Shown: piece by piece, positions 34,354 to 51,776 of the stretch
How positions within the stretch are numbered: position 1 is the first letter of the stretch
Layout of the letters: every line of letters starts with the position of its first letter
Source of the DNA: Dictyostelium discoideum
Lineage: Eukaryota
Direction of reading: 5' to 3'
Length of the DNA: 64,000 nucleotides
Assembly (NCBI GenBank): GCA_000004695.1
Contig: CM000150.2
Location: forward strand, 2,304,001-2,368,000
Made by a program: the position numbers and the translations under genes
Notes under the pieces: model-generated
The model's database searches: none
Told to the model about the DNA's origin: nothing
Seen by the model: only the letters and a program-made list of their open reading frames with translations

Positions 34354-35585
34354 AATATTAAATATTTTTTGATTCAGTTTTTTTTTAAATAATAAAATCA
34401 TTTTAAAATCATATTACAATAATTTCAAAAACTAAAGGAAATTTTAATCTATACATTTGAGTTAACTTTCTTATAGAAATTGTTATTGAGTGTGAAAACC
34501 AAATTTGTAATTTATTTTTAAAATCACTCAACCTCTCTTTATAGATTTTTGCATCTTTTTTAATTATTGGCTTGTTTGTATTTGAAATTAAAATATCATC
34601 ATTATTAATGTTTGCACCATTTGATATAAATTCAAGCGGTATTGAAGTATTGATATCTCTATTAATTTTTTCATTGTTTTTTGAATCTATTAATTGTAAA
34701 GAAATTTCTTCATCACCTCTACATAGTTTATAATATACATCTTCTAATAATGAACATTCATATTTTGAAAGTAAATAATTGGGTGGTCCACTTTCAAGAA
34801 TTCTACCATTTCTTAATAAAAATATATTATCACACGACCTACATTCTTGTAAATAATGTGTAGTAATTATAATTGTAACACCAAAATTTTTTGTTAAAAA
34901 AATTAAATGTTCCCAAATTTTTGAAGATACCAATGGACATACTCCAACTGTTGGTCTTAAAAAAAAAAAAAAAAACTTTAATATTTAATTATTATTTAAA
35001 ATCAATTAATTTAAAATAAACATACTCATCTAAAATCAATAATTTAGGAGAATGTATTAATGCAGTTGCAAGTGAAACTCTTCTTTGTTGACCTCCGCTT
35101 AATTCAGATATGATTTTTGATAGACTTGGTAATTCTAAAATTTCCACTAATGAATCTCTTTTTTTAATATATTCATCTTTTGGCATTCTATGAATAGATG
35201 CAAAAAATGATAAAGTTTCTTCAATTGTAATTTCATTATATAAACAAACATCTTGAGGTGCATAGCCAACTGATGAACCAGGTATTTCACTACCTTTTCC
35301 ACATGGTTCCTTTCCAAAAACCTGAACTATTCCATCATCTTGTTTTAGTTTTCCTAAAATTGTCTTTAAAAAATTTTTAAATAATTAATTATTGATTCAA
35401 TCCATATTATATAAAAAAAAAAAAAAAAAAATTACTTTCAAAATTGTTGTCTTTCCACTACCTGACGAACCAATTAATGAATTTATGGTACCTTTATTGA
35501 TTGTAAAATTTAATTTTTCAATTACTTTTACATTACCATAACTCCTTGAAACATTATTTAAATTTATAACTATATTATCACCCAT
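33236..35585 (-). CDS. ABC transporter half-molecule (N-terminal ATPase domain followed by an ABC-2-type membrane domain); 4 exons complement(join(33236..34315,34418..34955,35026..35363,35436..35585)), 701 aa
   Basis: Walker A GSSGSGKTTILK in exon 1; signature LSGGQQRRVSLA and Walker B LLILDE (split by the intron) followed by PTVGV in exons 2 and 3; H-loop TTHY; then hydrophobic ABC-2-type helices (LLITLFFLAIG..., VPIKGNIVLIYLFFILINTVGMCQGILISLI). Donors GTAATT (reverse complement of 35431-35435), GTATGT (reverse complement of 35020-35025) and GTAATA (reverse complement of 34412-34417); acceptors ttttaaag, tttaag and attag. The phases are consistent (150+338+538+1080 = 2106 nt). The exon 3/4 junction is the least certain. 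The signature is not the ABCG type (no SGGE[RK]KR). Confidence 0.72.
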
Positions 35586-35824
35586 TTTAAAAATTAAATA
35601 AATAATGAATAATTAAATTAAATATTTATTTAAAATGAAGATTTAAAAATAAAAAAAAATTATTAGATTTATTATTATAATTTTTTTTTTTTTATTTTTA
35701 AAAAAAAAAAAAAAAAAAAAAAAATTTAATCTCTTTTACATTTTTATTTCAATTTTGTAAACTGATTTATCTTTAACTAATTAAACAAATCTAATGATTA
35801 AATTTGTTGTTAAAAAGAAAGGTG

Positions 35825-35860
<36 letters not shown>

Positions 35861-35947
35861 ATTTGGTGGTTATAATATTTTTTTTTTGTAATATTTATTT
35901 TATAATTCTATTAATAATTATCTAATTATGATATTCAATATTGATAT

Positions 35948-36211
35948 TTAATTTGATTTTTCACCTTTGTTATTTATTACAACAACAACAGGTTTCTTTC
36001 TATGAAATGGCCAAAGTGATACTTCATTATTTCCAAACGTATTGCCTTCTAAAGTTGTTGATGATACCAATAGCGAATTTTCTTGCAACCCTTGAGAAGG
36101 TGCACTTCCTAATTTTGTTAAAGCATCTAAATTTTTTAAAAATTTATGAATTAATATTTGTTTTAAATTTTTTTTAATATTTAAATAAATTTATTTACTT
36201 ATTAATGTCAT
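35948..36211 (-). CDS. Possible small 2-exon gene complement(join(35948..36126,36199..36211)) encoding a 63-aa protein MTLINALTKLGSAPSQGLQENSLLVSSTTLEGNTFGNNEVSLWPFHRKKPVVVVINNKGEKSN
   Basis: A 13-nt first exon (ATGACATTAATAA) is followed by GTAAAT, and a 72-bp AT-rich intron ends aaaatttag. The local G+C rise and non-AT codons (GGG, GCA, CCT, TCG) inside an AT desert suggest coding. No homology recognised. Confidence 0.35.
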
Positions 36212-36588
36212 TGTTATTGGTGTGGGGCGTAAATAAAAAAAAAAATAAAAAAAAAAAAAAAATTTTATTTATTTAAATAAGTAAACAAAATTATTAAAAA
36301 AAATAAAAAATTTTAAAAAAAAAATAAATTAATTAGTTGATTTCTCAAAAAAGAAATTTGATCTAGGTATAACAAAATAGTCAAAATATATGAAAGTTAA
36401 AAAAATAATTTCAAAAAAAAATAATTGTTTAAATAATCGAAAAAATCAAATTTTCAAAAGAAATAATGAAAAAAAAATCAATAAAATAAAAGAAATAAAA
36501 TATATTTTTTTTTTTTTTTTTATTTCTAATTTAATATTAAAAGGAAAAATCTTTATTTAATAAACAAAAAGATAATATAATAATTTTA

Positions 36589-36744
36589 TTATTGCATTCC
36601 TGGTCTTCTTCTATTATTGATAATGATAATGATTGGACCTCTACCACCACCACTCATTCCACCACCACCACCCATACCACCACCACCACTACCCCAATTT
36701 GTAGAATTATTTTGGCCAAAGTCAGAAGATTCACCAGCTTCCAT
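36589..36744 (-). CDS. Possible small Gly-rich peptide (MEAGESSDFGQNNSTNWGSGGGGMGGGGGMSGGGRGPIIIIINNRRRPGMQ), or the 3' exon of an unresolved gene
   Basis: The minus-strand frame is open from a ttttataaataaag acceptor at about 36790 to TAA at 36589-36591 with GGT/CCA/AGA-type codon usage. The plus-strand ORF 36617..36865 (poly-Pro) is its antisense image. Confidence 0.2.
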   Translation of the reverse strand: MEAGESSDFGQNNSTNWGSGGGGMGGGGGMSGGGRGPIIIIINNRRRPGMQ

Positions 36745-37272
36745 ATTAATGGAATGGGAGGTCTTTGAAGCTGAAGAAATATTTCCTAATTTTGTGAGAG
36801 AATCTTTATTTATAAAAAAAATAAAAAAATATATTGGTAAATATTTATTTATTAAATTTAAATAAATTTTACATTTATTTATTTATTTGTACATACTAAA
36901 AATTGTCATTTTTTTTAAAATTGTTAATTAAAAAAAAAAAAAAAATTTTAATTCAACTATTTATACTATTTTTAAAATAATTTTTAAAGGGTTTTTTTAT
37001 AATTTATAATAAATAAAAAAAAAAAAAAAAGATTTATATTTTTTTAATTATTATTCCTTTTTTTGGAAAAATGATCACCGATTTGAATTTTTTTTTTTTT
37101 TTTTTTTTTTTTAAAGGAAATTTCAAAATTAATAAATTATTTCCTTTAATAGGAAAAAAATACAATACTAAATCGAAAATAAATAAATATATATATTTTT
37201 AACTATTATATAGATCTATTTGTTTTTAATATAATTTTAATTTTTTTTTTTTTTTATTAATTTTTTTTTTTT

Positions 37273-37314
<42 letters not shown>

Positions 37315-37343
37315 CCAATTAAAAAAAGGATTTAATATGTAAT

Positions 37344-39042
37344 TTATTCTGAACCTTTTCTTTTCTTTACAGAAGAGGTTGAGGTTGAATTTGTTTTAGT
37401 TTCTTTAGTTGCAGCAGAAGATGCAATAGTTGCGCCGGTGGTAGTTTCTTCAATTGGTTCTTCTAAATTATCAAAAAAGTTTTTCATTGAAGAGAATTTA
37501 TTAAGTTGTTGTGATGATTGTTTCTTTTTATTATTTTCTTCTTTTTCTATATTATTATTGTTTTTAATTTCTGTATCTACATTGTTTATGGTATCTTGTT
37601 CTTTCTTTGTTGTTGTTGAATTTACTAAATTGCTTGAATTTACTAAAATTGAATCCATATATTTTTGATAAATATTTTGAACGCTTGGAATAATATGAGA
37701 AGCAGCACCAAACATTTCTTGAGTTGATGGTAATTGAGTGAAAATTTCATTTCCAATATATAAAGAATCCTTTGAAGTATTGTTATCTGTTGTGGTAGTA
37801 GTAGTTGTGGTAGTAGTTGAAGGAGATGTTGTTGGTTTTTCGATCTTTTGTCTTTTATTAACAGTTGTAGTATTTGTAGTATTTGTAGTATTTGTTGTTG
37901 TTGTTGTTGTTGTTGTTGGTATAATTTTATTTGTATCTTTAAAAGTTGAATAACCATAAACTAAAGTTTCATTTGTAATACAAAGAATACAATCATAGCT
38001 TTGTTGATCTTTTGAGAATAAAACTTGTTCAATTACTTGACTCTTTGGAATTGGTACTTGAGTTGTGAATAAGAGTTGATGAGAGGTACTAGAGAAAATC
38101 ATTAAACGATCTCTAGAAGTTGAAGGACAGAGAGAGTAATATTCATCACAAACTGAAATTGGTTTAATTGGGAAAGTGTAAACTTTGACAGGTGATTTCT
38201 TTTTAATATCCCAAACAATAGCACCGTTCTCTTTGTAGGATACTAAAAGTTCATTATCATTGAGGAATGATAATTCATTAGCGATATGACATGAAGAGAA
38301 TGATAAGATATCCAATGGTAACATTGATTCACTATCCCATAATGTAACTAAATGATCACAAGCAACAGCGAAAATTGAACCATCTTTTGAGAAAGCAGAA
38401 GCGGAACAAACTAAACCACGATATGAACCATCATAAATACAAGTCCAATAGGATTTAATATTTGTTTTATTATTATTATTATTATTATTATTGGCAGTAC
38501 CATCGATTGCTTCCATTGATTGTTTTCTCCAAAGTTTAAAATCCTTTTCAGATGTTGTTAAAAGGAGATTCTTTGTTGGATGGAATGACATTGATAAAAT
38601 ATTAGTGCTATGTGGTGAAGTGATTGAGAAAACACATTTACAATTATTATCATTTGAAGTTTCCCAAAACTTTAAGATTTGATCCTTTAAAACTACACCA
38701 CTTTCAATTTTATCTACACTTGAAAATGATTCAAATGAACAAAATAATGGTTTTGATGGATGGAATGCTAATGGTTCAACCAATGATTGTTCCAATGATA
38801 ATTTATTTGCATCAAAACCATTTTTTAAATTTTGACCTTTAGATTTCTTTGTACTAATATCTGTATTTCTTGGTGGTGATACTATAATCTCTCTTTCAAC
38901 TCTATCTTTTTTAATATTATAAAATTGTACAATACCATTCTTTTGACCACTAAATATTAAATTATTTGAAATTGGTTCAATAAAACTTGTAATTTTATTT
39001 TTATTATTATTATTATTATTGTTGTTGTTGTTGTTGTTGTTG

Positions 39043-39074
<32 letters not shown>

Positions 39075-40486
39075 TATACTATTTTTATTATCTTGTAAAC
39101 CAGTTATAATTGAACATGATTTATAATCTGAAATATTTATAATTTGAACTTTATTATTTGATAAGGTAATAGCTATTAATTGTGAAGCTGGATCACAATT
39201 AATATGAAGTATAGCACCACCTAAACGTGGGAATACTTTTCTTCTCATATTTGAAACTGTCCAAATTGCAAGTGTATTTTCATAACCACCTGTGAATAAC
39301 ATTGTACCATCATAATTGTAAAATGATGAAATCAATGGTGTTGAATGCCAATGATTATATGAATTAAAATTCCATTGACCATTTTCACTATTATAATTTA
39401 TAAAATTTAATCTACCTAATGTTGTACCAAATGAAATTATAATTTCATTATTATTACTATTATTGCTATTGCTATTATTATTGTTGACACTGATATTATT
39501 TGATTTTGGTAAAATTGAAAATGATGTAATTTGATATTCAGATTTATAATATTTACTTGGTTGAATTGTTGTTGTTGAAAGATTTAAAACTTGAATAAAT
39601 GATTTTGTACCGGTTACTAAGAATTTACCATTATTTGAAATTGAAATGAATTGTAAATTCTTTAATAATTCATTAATTTTAATTGGTTGAAAGTTTACTT
39701 TTTCATTATATTCACATAAATCACCATCATTATTTATAAAATAAATTTGATTTTTTTCATTTGGTGAAACTACAAATTTAACTATACCTTTGTTATAGAT
39801 TTTATTTGATAATGGTTCAATTGATTTATTTTTTAAATCAAATGTATAGAATTTACCCATCTCTGTTGATAAATAAATTGTCATTTTTGAATTTTTATAT
39901 GTTGATGTTATATGTGTAATAGTATCATCATTTGATTCTAATGATGTTTCTGATTTTAATCCACCTGTAATTGGATTATAAATTTTAATTGTATTATTAT
40001 TTGATAATAATAAATTACTAATAATAAAATTAAAAAAATAAAAAATAAAATAAAATAATTAGTAAGATATATATTAATATTTGAAGGAAGAGAAAAAAAA
40101 AAAAAAATTTACTTTGAATCAATTAAAAGTGGTGAATTTTTAGTAAATGAACCACCAGATTTAATTTTCATATTAAACCATTCTGTTTCATTAATTTTTT
40201 CTTCTGGTAAAGTTGAAACTGGACGTGTATATGGTTTCTCTTCAATAATTGGTTCTGGTTTTGGTGTTGATGTTGGTGTTGGTGTTGGTGTTAGTGTTGG
40301 TGTTGGTGTTGGTGTAATAGTGGTAACTTTTGTTGAGGAGGATTTAGTTGATGATTTTTCTTTTTTTTCTGATGGTACTACTTTTGAAGTTGTTGTTGCA
40401 ACATTTCCTTTTGATTTCTTTTCTGATGGTACTACTTTAGTAGTTGGTGTTGTTGTTGCTGTTGTTGTTGATTTTGCAACTACCAT
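37344..40486 (-). CDS. wdr75: WDR75/UTP17-like WD40 protein (small-subunit processome t-UTP) with a Thr/Pro/Lys-rich N-terminal extension; 2 exons complement(join(37344..40017,40113..40486)), 1015 aa
   Basis: ORF 40109..40486(-) ends ...SPLLIDS at a GTAAAT donor (reverse complement of 40107-40112). A 95-bp intron is followed by the acceptor ttattag before 40017. The frame of ORF 37344..39884(-) is open upstream to that acceptor. Blocks conserved with WDR75: KIKSGGSF-TKNSPLLIDSNNLLLSNNNTIKIYN versus RVVRCGGSELNFRRAVFSADSKYIFCVSGDFVKVYS; HWHSTPLISSFYNYDGTMLFTGGYENTLAIW...FPRLGGAILHINCDPASQLIAITLSNNKVQIINISDY versus HWHHDMVMDLAFSVTGTSLLSGGRESVLVEW...LPRLGATIEHISVSPAGDLFCTSHSDNKIIIIH. The C-terminus is K-rich (KKRKGSE, basic, NLS-like). 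Confidence 0.7.
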
Positions 40487-40799
40487 GATTTATATACTAT
40501 TATAACTTAATTTAATAAAAATAGTATTGTCAACCTTTTGTTGTTTTTTTTTTTTTTTTCTGAAAAACGACTATTTTTCGGTAATGCCCCTAAAAGAAAA
40601 AAAAAAAAAAAAATCAAAAAAAAAAATCAAAAAAAAATAAATTTCAAATGTTAAAATAAAAATAAAAAAAAAAATAAAAATAAAAATAAAAATAAAAAAA
40701 AAACGAAAACGAAAACGGAGTTCGTATTATTAAAAAAAAAAAAAAAAAAAAAGATTGTATGAATTTGTTTTAATCAAATTTAATAATTTATTTTTATTT

Positions 40800-40949
40800 T
40801 TAAAGTTGCTTTAAAATTTCAATTGTATTATTAAATTTAATTAAATCTTTTGAATCTTTTCCAACTTTTACTGAAATTGATGGTAAATTACTAATAAAAT
40901 AACAATAATAATAATAATAAAAAAAAAAAAAATTATTAGTAAATTATTA

Positions 40950-40980
<31 letters not shown>

Positions 40981-41556
40981 ATATTAAAAAATAATTATAA
41001 TTTACTTTATAATTGTATATAATGAAAATAAAATTGAATAAATTTCTTGAACTTTATCTTTCCAATCAGATTGTAAAATATCAATTTTATTTAACATTGC
41101 AAAGTGTCTAATTAATGAAATACATTCATCTTCGTTATTTTGTTGTTGTTGTTGTTGTAATTGTGAAAGTTTTGAAAAAATATATTTAAAATCTAATAAT
41201 TTGAAACATTTATCACAAACTGGTTTAATTGAATCCAAAGATAATGATTTATCAATAATATCAAATTTATTAATTACTGCATATTTTGTGAATTTATTTG
41301 TCATGATTAAATCATTTTTTGATTGGAAACAACTTGAACAATATTTTGAACTTTCAATATTATAAAATTTAACTTCTAATGCTTCTTTCAATGTTTCTCT
41401 TTCTTTTGAATCTTTAGTTAATGTTGTCAATTCATTAATACAATATCCTTTAGCTGATAAATTTGGTATTAACCCTTTACATCTTTTTTTAACTAAATTA
41501 TATAATTCTTGAAATTGTTCTTCTAAAATTTTCTCTTTATTATTATTATTTATCAT
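40800..41556 (-). CDS. Hypothetical 213-aa protein with paired CxxC motifs (zinc-ribbon-like); 2 exons complement(join(40800..40890,41006..41556))
   Basis: ORF 41002..41556(-) ends at AA|GTAAAT (reverse complement of 41000-41005). A 115-bp intron is followed by the acceptor ttattag before 40890. Exon 2 encodes (N)LPSISVKVGKDSKDLIKFNNTIEILKQL*. Cys pairs are CSSCFQ and CDKCFK. 551+91 = 642 nt, in frame. Confidence 0.55.
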
Positions 41557-41619
41557 TTTTTTTATAAATATATATTTTTAGTTTCACAATTTCGTTTTTT
41601 TTTTTTTATTGTAACAATA

Positions 41620-41667
<48 letters not shown>

Positions 41668-41861
41668 CCAATTTTTTTTTTTTTTTTTCAAAAAAACGAT
41701 GGAAATTAATAGGGCTTTTTGTTTAAATTTTTAATTTTTTTTATTAAAAAAAAATATTTTATTTTTACTATCATTTTATTATTGTTTTTTTATTTATTTT
41801 TTTTATAAAATCTCCCCACTCATTGTTTTTCAAAAATAAAAAAAATTACAAAAAATGAATA

Positions 41862-41892
<31 letters not shown>

Positions 41893-42147
41893 CAGAATGA
41901 TTACATTCATTTTTTTTTATATTTCATATCATTTTGTGTTTTTGTGTGTTCTATTTATCTATACTAAATTCATATTGAAAATAAATAAAATTAAATCATT
42001 GTTGTAAAAGAAAAAAAAAAAATGAAAATGAAAATGAAAAATAAAAATAAAAAAATAAAAAAAAAATTTTTTTTTTTTTTTTTTTGTGTCAATCCGAATG
42101 TTTTCATCTATTGACACAATCACTAAAGTTTTTTTAATTTTTAAAAT

Positions 42148-44735
<2,588 letters not shown>

Positions 44736-46136
44736 TTCGATAATCAATTGTTTTATTTTTTTGTTTTGTAATTTTTTTTTTTTTTTTTTTTGTTTATTAT
44801 TACGAATTAAACGGTTGGTTGATCATAAAAAAAGAAAAAAGAATAACAAATTTAGGCAAAAAAGGTGGGAAATTTTGAAAAACTGGCGATGTCGTTTGGA
44901 ATTCAGGTAATTGATCAAAAAAAAAAAAAAAAAAAATAAAATTTTTTTTTTTTTTTTTTTTTTTATTTTTATTTAAATGACGTTATTTGCCTTTTTGATA
45001 TTTTATTACTTGAAAAAAAAACAAAACAAAAAAACTAAAAATAATAAAAATCCGGCATCCATTTTAAAATTAAAAAAAAAGTATTGTGATGTTTGGAAAA
45101 AGTCTTTTGACTTTTTCTCTATTTTATATTTTAATTTTTATTTCAAATCTTGTCATACACCAATTTTTAGAATTAATTATTTTTTTTTTTTTTTTTTTTT
45201 TTTTCTATTGACTTTTTATAAAAAAACTATTAAATTCGCCATACAATTACAAAATGGTTGTTTTTTTTTTTTTGTGACCCATGGAAAAAAAAATTTTAAT
45301 TTTATTAAAAATATCTTTTCACTACCAATTTGTTTTGTCACTGCTCGGTAGTATAAATTATGTTTTAGTGGTATTTTTGCTTAATCATAAGTTTGGGTTT
45401 AAAAAACCTCACAAATTTTTTGGGCAAGCCTGCAACTTTTAAAAAAAAAAAAATAAAAAAAATTGAAATTTTATTCAATACCAAGCTTCTTTCCCAACAT
45501 TAATTATAATTGAATGGTGAAAATTAACTTTTTTTTTTTTTTTATTTATTTTTTTTTTTTTCTTTTGTTTTTATCAAGATCCCCAATTGAAAACAAGTTT
45601 TTTTTTTTTTTTCTATTCACTTTTTTTTTTTTAATGGTTTTTTTTTTTTTTTAAATAACTATTTAAAAAAATTTATTTATAATACCAGTGATTTATTTTT
45701 AAAACTTTTAAAAAATCTATAGTTTTAAAAAAAAAAACAATAAAAAAAACAATTATATATTACCATAACACTACCAATTTTATAAAAAAGTAAGTAGATT
45801 AAAAAATATTTTTATTTTTTTTTATTTTTTTTTTATTTTAATTTTTTTATTTTTTTTTTTTTAATGCCAAAATCATCGCACCGTTCCACCTATTATAATT
45901 TTAATTTTTCGGCAAGAGTGTTCGGTTGAATTAAAATTTTTTTTGATGGGAAAGATATTTTTATAAAATTTTAAAATTTTATCAACAAAAATTGTTTTTT
46001 TTTAATTTTTATTTTTTTATTTTTTTTTTTAAAAAAAAAAAAAAAAATAAAAAAAAAATTCCTAACACAATTCATTTTTGATCATTTTTGAATCAGTCTC
46101 CATTCATATTTATTTATTTATTTTAAAATTTTTTTT

Positions 46137-46171
<35 letters not shown>

Positions 46172-47765
46172 CCATAATTTCTTCTCGACTGTAAAATCAT
46201 TCTAAAAGCAAATTAAAAAAAAAAAAGATTATAAAAAAAAAAAATAATCAAAATTAAATAAAATTCGAAAAAAAAGGGTAATTAAATTCATAGTATTTTT
46301 TTAATATTTTATAATTTTTTATTGTAAAATTTTATAATCATATTATTTTTATAATTTTTTGTTTTTATTTTATTTTTTTTTTTTTTCTTTGCAAATATTT
46401 GTGAAAGTTTTTTCTTTTTTTTTGAGTCAACAATTGACAAAGCTGTGCACTTTTCAAATTTCCAAATATCCACCCCCTTAAAATTGTAATAATTATCTTT
46501 TAATAAAAAAAAAAAAAAAAAAAAACACCACCCAATACCAATAAAATAAAAAAAGAAAAAAAAATTATTAAAAAAAGATAAAAAAGATATTTTTCAATAT
46601 CTTGTCACTAAAAAATTTATCAAAAAAAAGTAAAATATTTTAGATTTTTTTTTTTTTTTTTTTTTTTATTGCCACTTTTATAAAATATCTTTTCAAAATG
46701 TTCTCTTGGCGAACAGCATTCTCGCAATAAAAAAACACAATGTCTTTTTCTTTTGTTTTTTGATGACGTGCGTACCAATTAAAATATCAAAAATAATTAA
46801 AAAAAATAAAAATAAAAAAAAAAAAAAAAAAAATAAAAAAAAAAAAAACTAAAAAGATCTTTTTTTTTTTTTTTTTTTTTTTTAATTCCTTATTTTAAAA
46901 CTTTTTGTGTAATGTATTTTTTTTTTTTAAAAAATAAATCAGAAATATTCCACAACAAAATTTAAAAAATAATAGTAAAATCATCAAACAACAATAACAA
47001 TAATAATTTTTTTTTTTACCCATTTTTTTTTTTTTTTTTTTTTTTTTACATTATGTATAAATAAATAAATAATTGTAATATTGGTTTGTGTTCTTTGAAA
47101 ATTTATTTTTAATTTTTTATATATTATTTTTTATTTTTTTTTTGTTTTATTTATTTATTTATTTTTTTTTTTAAAACTGTCCCTAAAAAGGATAAAATCA
47201 CAAAACAATCACAAATGTCCACAGATAGTAAAAAAAGATACTACAACCTTTATTTTTTCAAAATAATTTAAATCTTCATTTAATGTTTTTTTTTTATTAT
47301 TATTTTTATATTATTTTTTATTTTAAAACCACAAAATCTCCCTTTTTTGTTTATAATTTCTTTTTAATAATGGTTAACTATAGATTTAATTAATCAAACT
47401 AAAAAATAAAAATAAAAATAAAATAAATAAAAAATAAAAAAAAATAAAAATTCTTGATGGGATATCATTTTTTATAAATTCTTTTAAAAAAATCAATAAA
47501 AATTTCAAACTATTTGTGTGTGTGGCAGGTGGATTAAATAATTTTTCAAAATAGTTTCAGTATAACTATCAACTTCTATATCTGTTTTAATTTTTTTTTA
47601 TATATTATTATTATTATTATTTTTTTTTTTTAAAACAATTTCTTTTTACCTCCAATTTATATGTTCGTGAAAAAATTGGGCACAATTTAAATTCACACAT
47701 TTCCTATATATAAAAGATTTTTACTTTAAAAGGGTTGGTGTTGTTATTATTGTAATTCCAATTAC

Positions 47766-47801
<36 letters not shown>

Positions 47802-47849
47802 ATAATATAATATAATAATCATAAATTTTTTTTTGTATTGGTGTGTAGG

Positions 47850-47855
<6 letters not shown>

Positions 47856-47881
<26 letters not shown>

Positions 47882-47950
47882 TCTGCTTTATTGCATTGGA
47901 ATTTATATTTTATTTTATTTTATTTTATTTTATTTTATTTTATTTTATTT
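47856..47950. repeat. (GT)12 followed by an (ATTTT)n array
   Basis: Direct reading: gtgtgtgtgtgtgtgtgtgtgtg ... tttattttattttattttattttattttattttattt. Confidence 0.9.
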
Positions 47951-48791
47951 CCAAAAAAAAATCTCAAAAATATCATAAATTTCCTTTAATCTCTAATCAA
48001 CCACACACCTTTTTATTATTTTTATTTTTTTTTTTTGTTAATTAAATTTTAATTAAATTATTTATTTGTTTTTTTTTTTTTTTTTATTAATAAAATTAAA
48101 AAACCATCCTCCTACTAAATTTATTCTTTTGTATGTGGGTCTTGATTCACCCATTTTTTTTTATTTTCATTTTTTTTTTTTATAAGGAGTAAAAGGGGGT
48201 GGTGGGTGGGTGGGGTTTATAGATTTTAAAAATAATATTTTATTATTTTTTTAATTATTTTTTATTTTTTTGTAATTAGGAGAGATTTTGATATTTATCC
48301 TTTTAATCAAAATAATATTATATTCGTCTCTTTTTTATTAAATGTCCTTTGATTCAAATACCATTTTAAAATAGTTTTTTTGATTGATTTGGGTCATCAT
48401 TCTTTTTTAATTCATTAGTTTTAATTTTATGATAGAGTGGTTATGGGGTGATTGTTTTTTTTTTTCTTTTAATATAATATGTTGTGTGTGTGTAGTTTAA
48501 TTTTATATTTTTTTTTTTCTTTTCAAAATAATGTTATTATTAAAAAAGGTGTGTGTGAGCTCATAACAAGAAAAAAAAAAAAATAAAATAAAATAAAATA
48601 AAATAAAAAAAAATAAAATAAAATAAATTGATGTGAAAAAAGAGTTGTGTTTGTTGATCTCTCTTTATTTAATTTTTAAAATCTTTCAGATTGCAATAAC
48701 AACACACTCACCCATATTCACATTAAAAGTCAAACATATATCACCCACTCTCATTATAAAGATAATTAATAAAAATAATAAAAACCACCTC

Positions 48792-48829
<38 letters not shown>

Positions 48830-48900
48830 ATTATTATTGTTATAATATAAGCATAATAATATTAAAAATCCCCCACACAACCATTGAATTAAATTTAATA

Positions 48901-48904
48901 CATC

Positions 48905-48958
<54 letters not shown>
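48901..48958. repeat. A(58) homopolymer flanked by C/A-rich blocks
   Basis: Direct reading. Confidence 0.9.
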
Positions 48959-48959
<1 letters not shown>

Positions 48960-49412
48960 ACACCCAAATCACACAACCCCACATTAACTTCATTTTTTTT
49001 CATTTATATGTTTCAAAAACACCAATCGGTTTCATCCTTTTGTACATTCAAATTTTTAATTAATAATAATATTATCCTAAAAAAATAAAAAATAAAAAAT
49101 AAAAAAAAAAAAAAAAACCTATAAAAAGTTAAACTTTTTTTTTATTTTTTTGTTTTATTAATTAAAAATAATCCATCAAAAAAACAACTATAACAAAAAT
49201 AATAAACAACAATAATTATATTAATCAAAAATAAAATAAACCAACTCAATAATATTATTTTTTTTATTTTTTTTTTTATTTTCTTTGTATTTTATAATAA
49301 TAAATTTGTATAATAAAATCTTTTTTTCCAAAAAAATAATTTATTAATATTTTTTAACTATCTTTACTTCAATTAAAACAGAAATAAATATAATAAAAAA
49401 AAAAAAAAAAAA

Positions 49413-51776
<2,364 letters not shown>

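Noticed and set aside
34409-35585. ORFs 34409..34933, 34992..35186 and 35397..35585 treated as separate small genes
   Set aside because: They carry Walker A, then the signature and Walker B, then the H-loop in order, with phase-consistent introns between them. They are exons of one ABC transporter.
36617-36865. Plus-strand Pro-rich ORF (PPPLIPPPPPIPPPP)
   Set aside because: It is the antisense image of the GGT-rich minus-strand Gly-rich reading and has no plausible start context.
40109-40486. The 125-aa Thr/Pro-rich ORF treated as an independent gene
   Set aside because: Its last codons plus the following exon reconstruct a conserved WDR75 block across a GTAAAT...ttattag intron. It is exon 1 of the WDR75 gene.
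44845-44897. gcaaaaaaggtgggaaattttgaaaaactggcgATGTCGTTTGGAATTCAG|gtaattg tested as the terminal exon of the chaperonin-like gene
   Set aside because: Every acceptor option gives an in-frame TGA. The closer acceptor at 44705-44706 yields a conserved chaperonin C-terminus. The segment is kept only as a possible orphan first micro-exon (see the gap finding).
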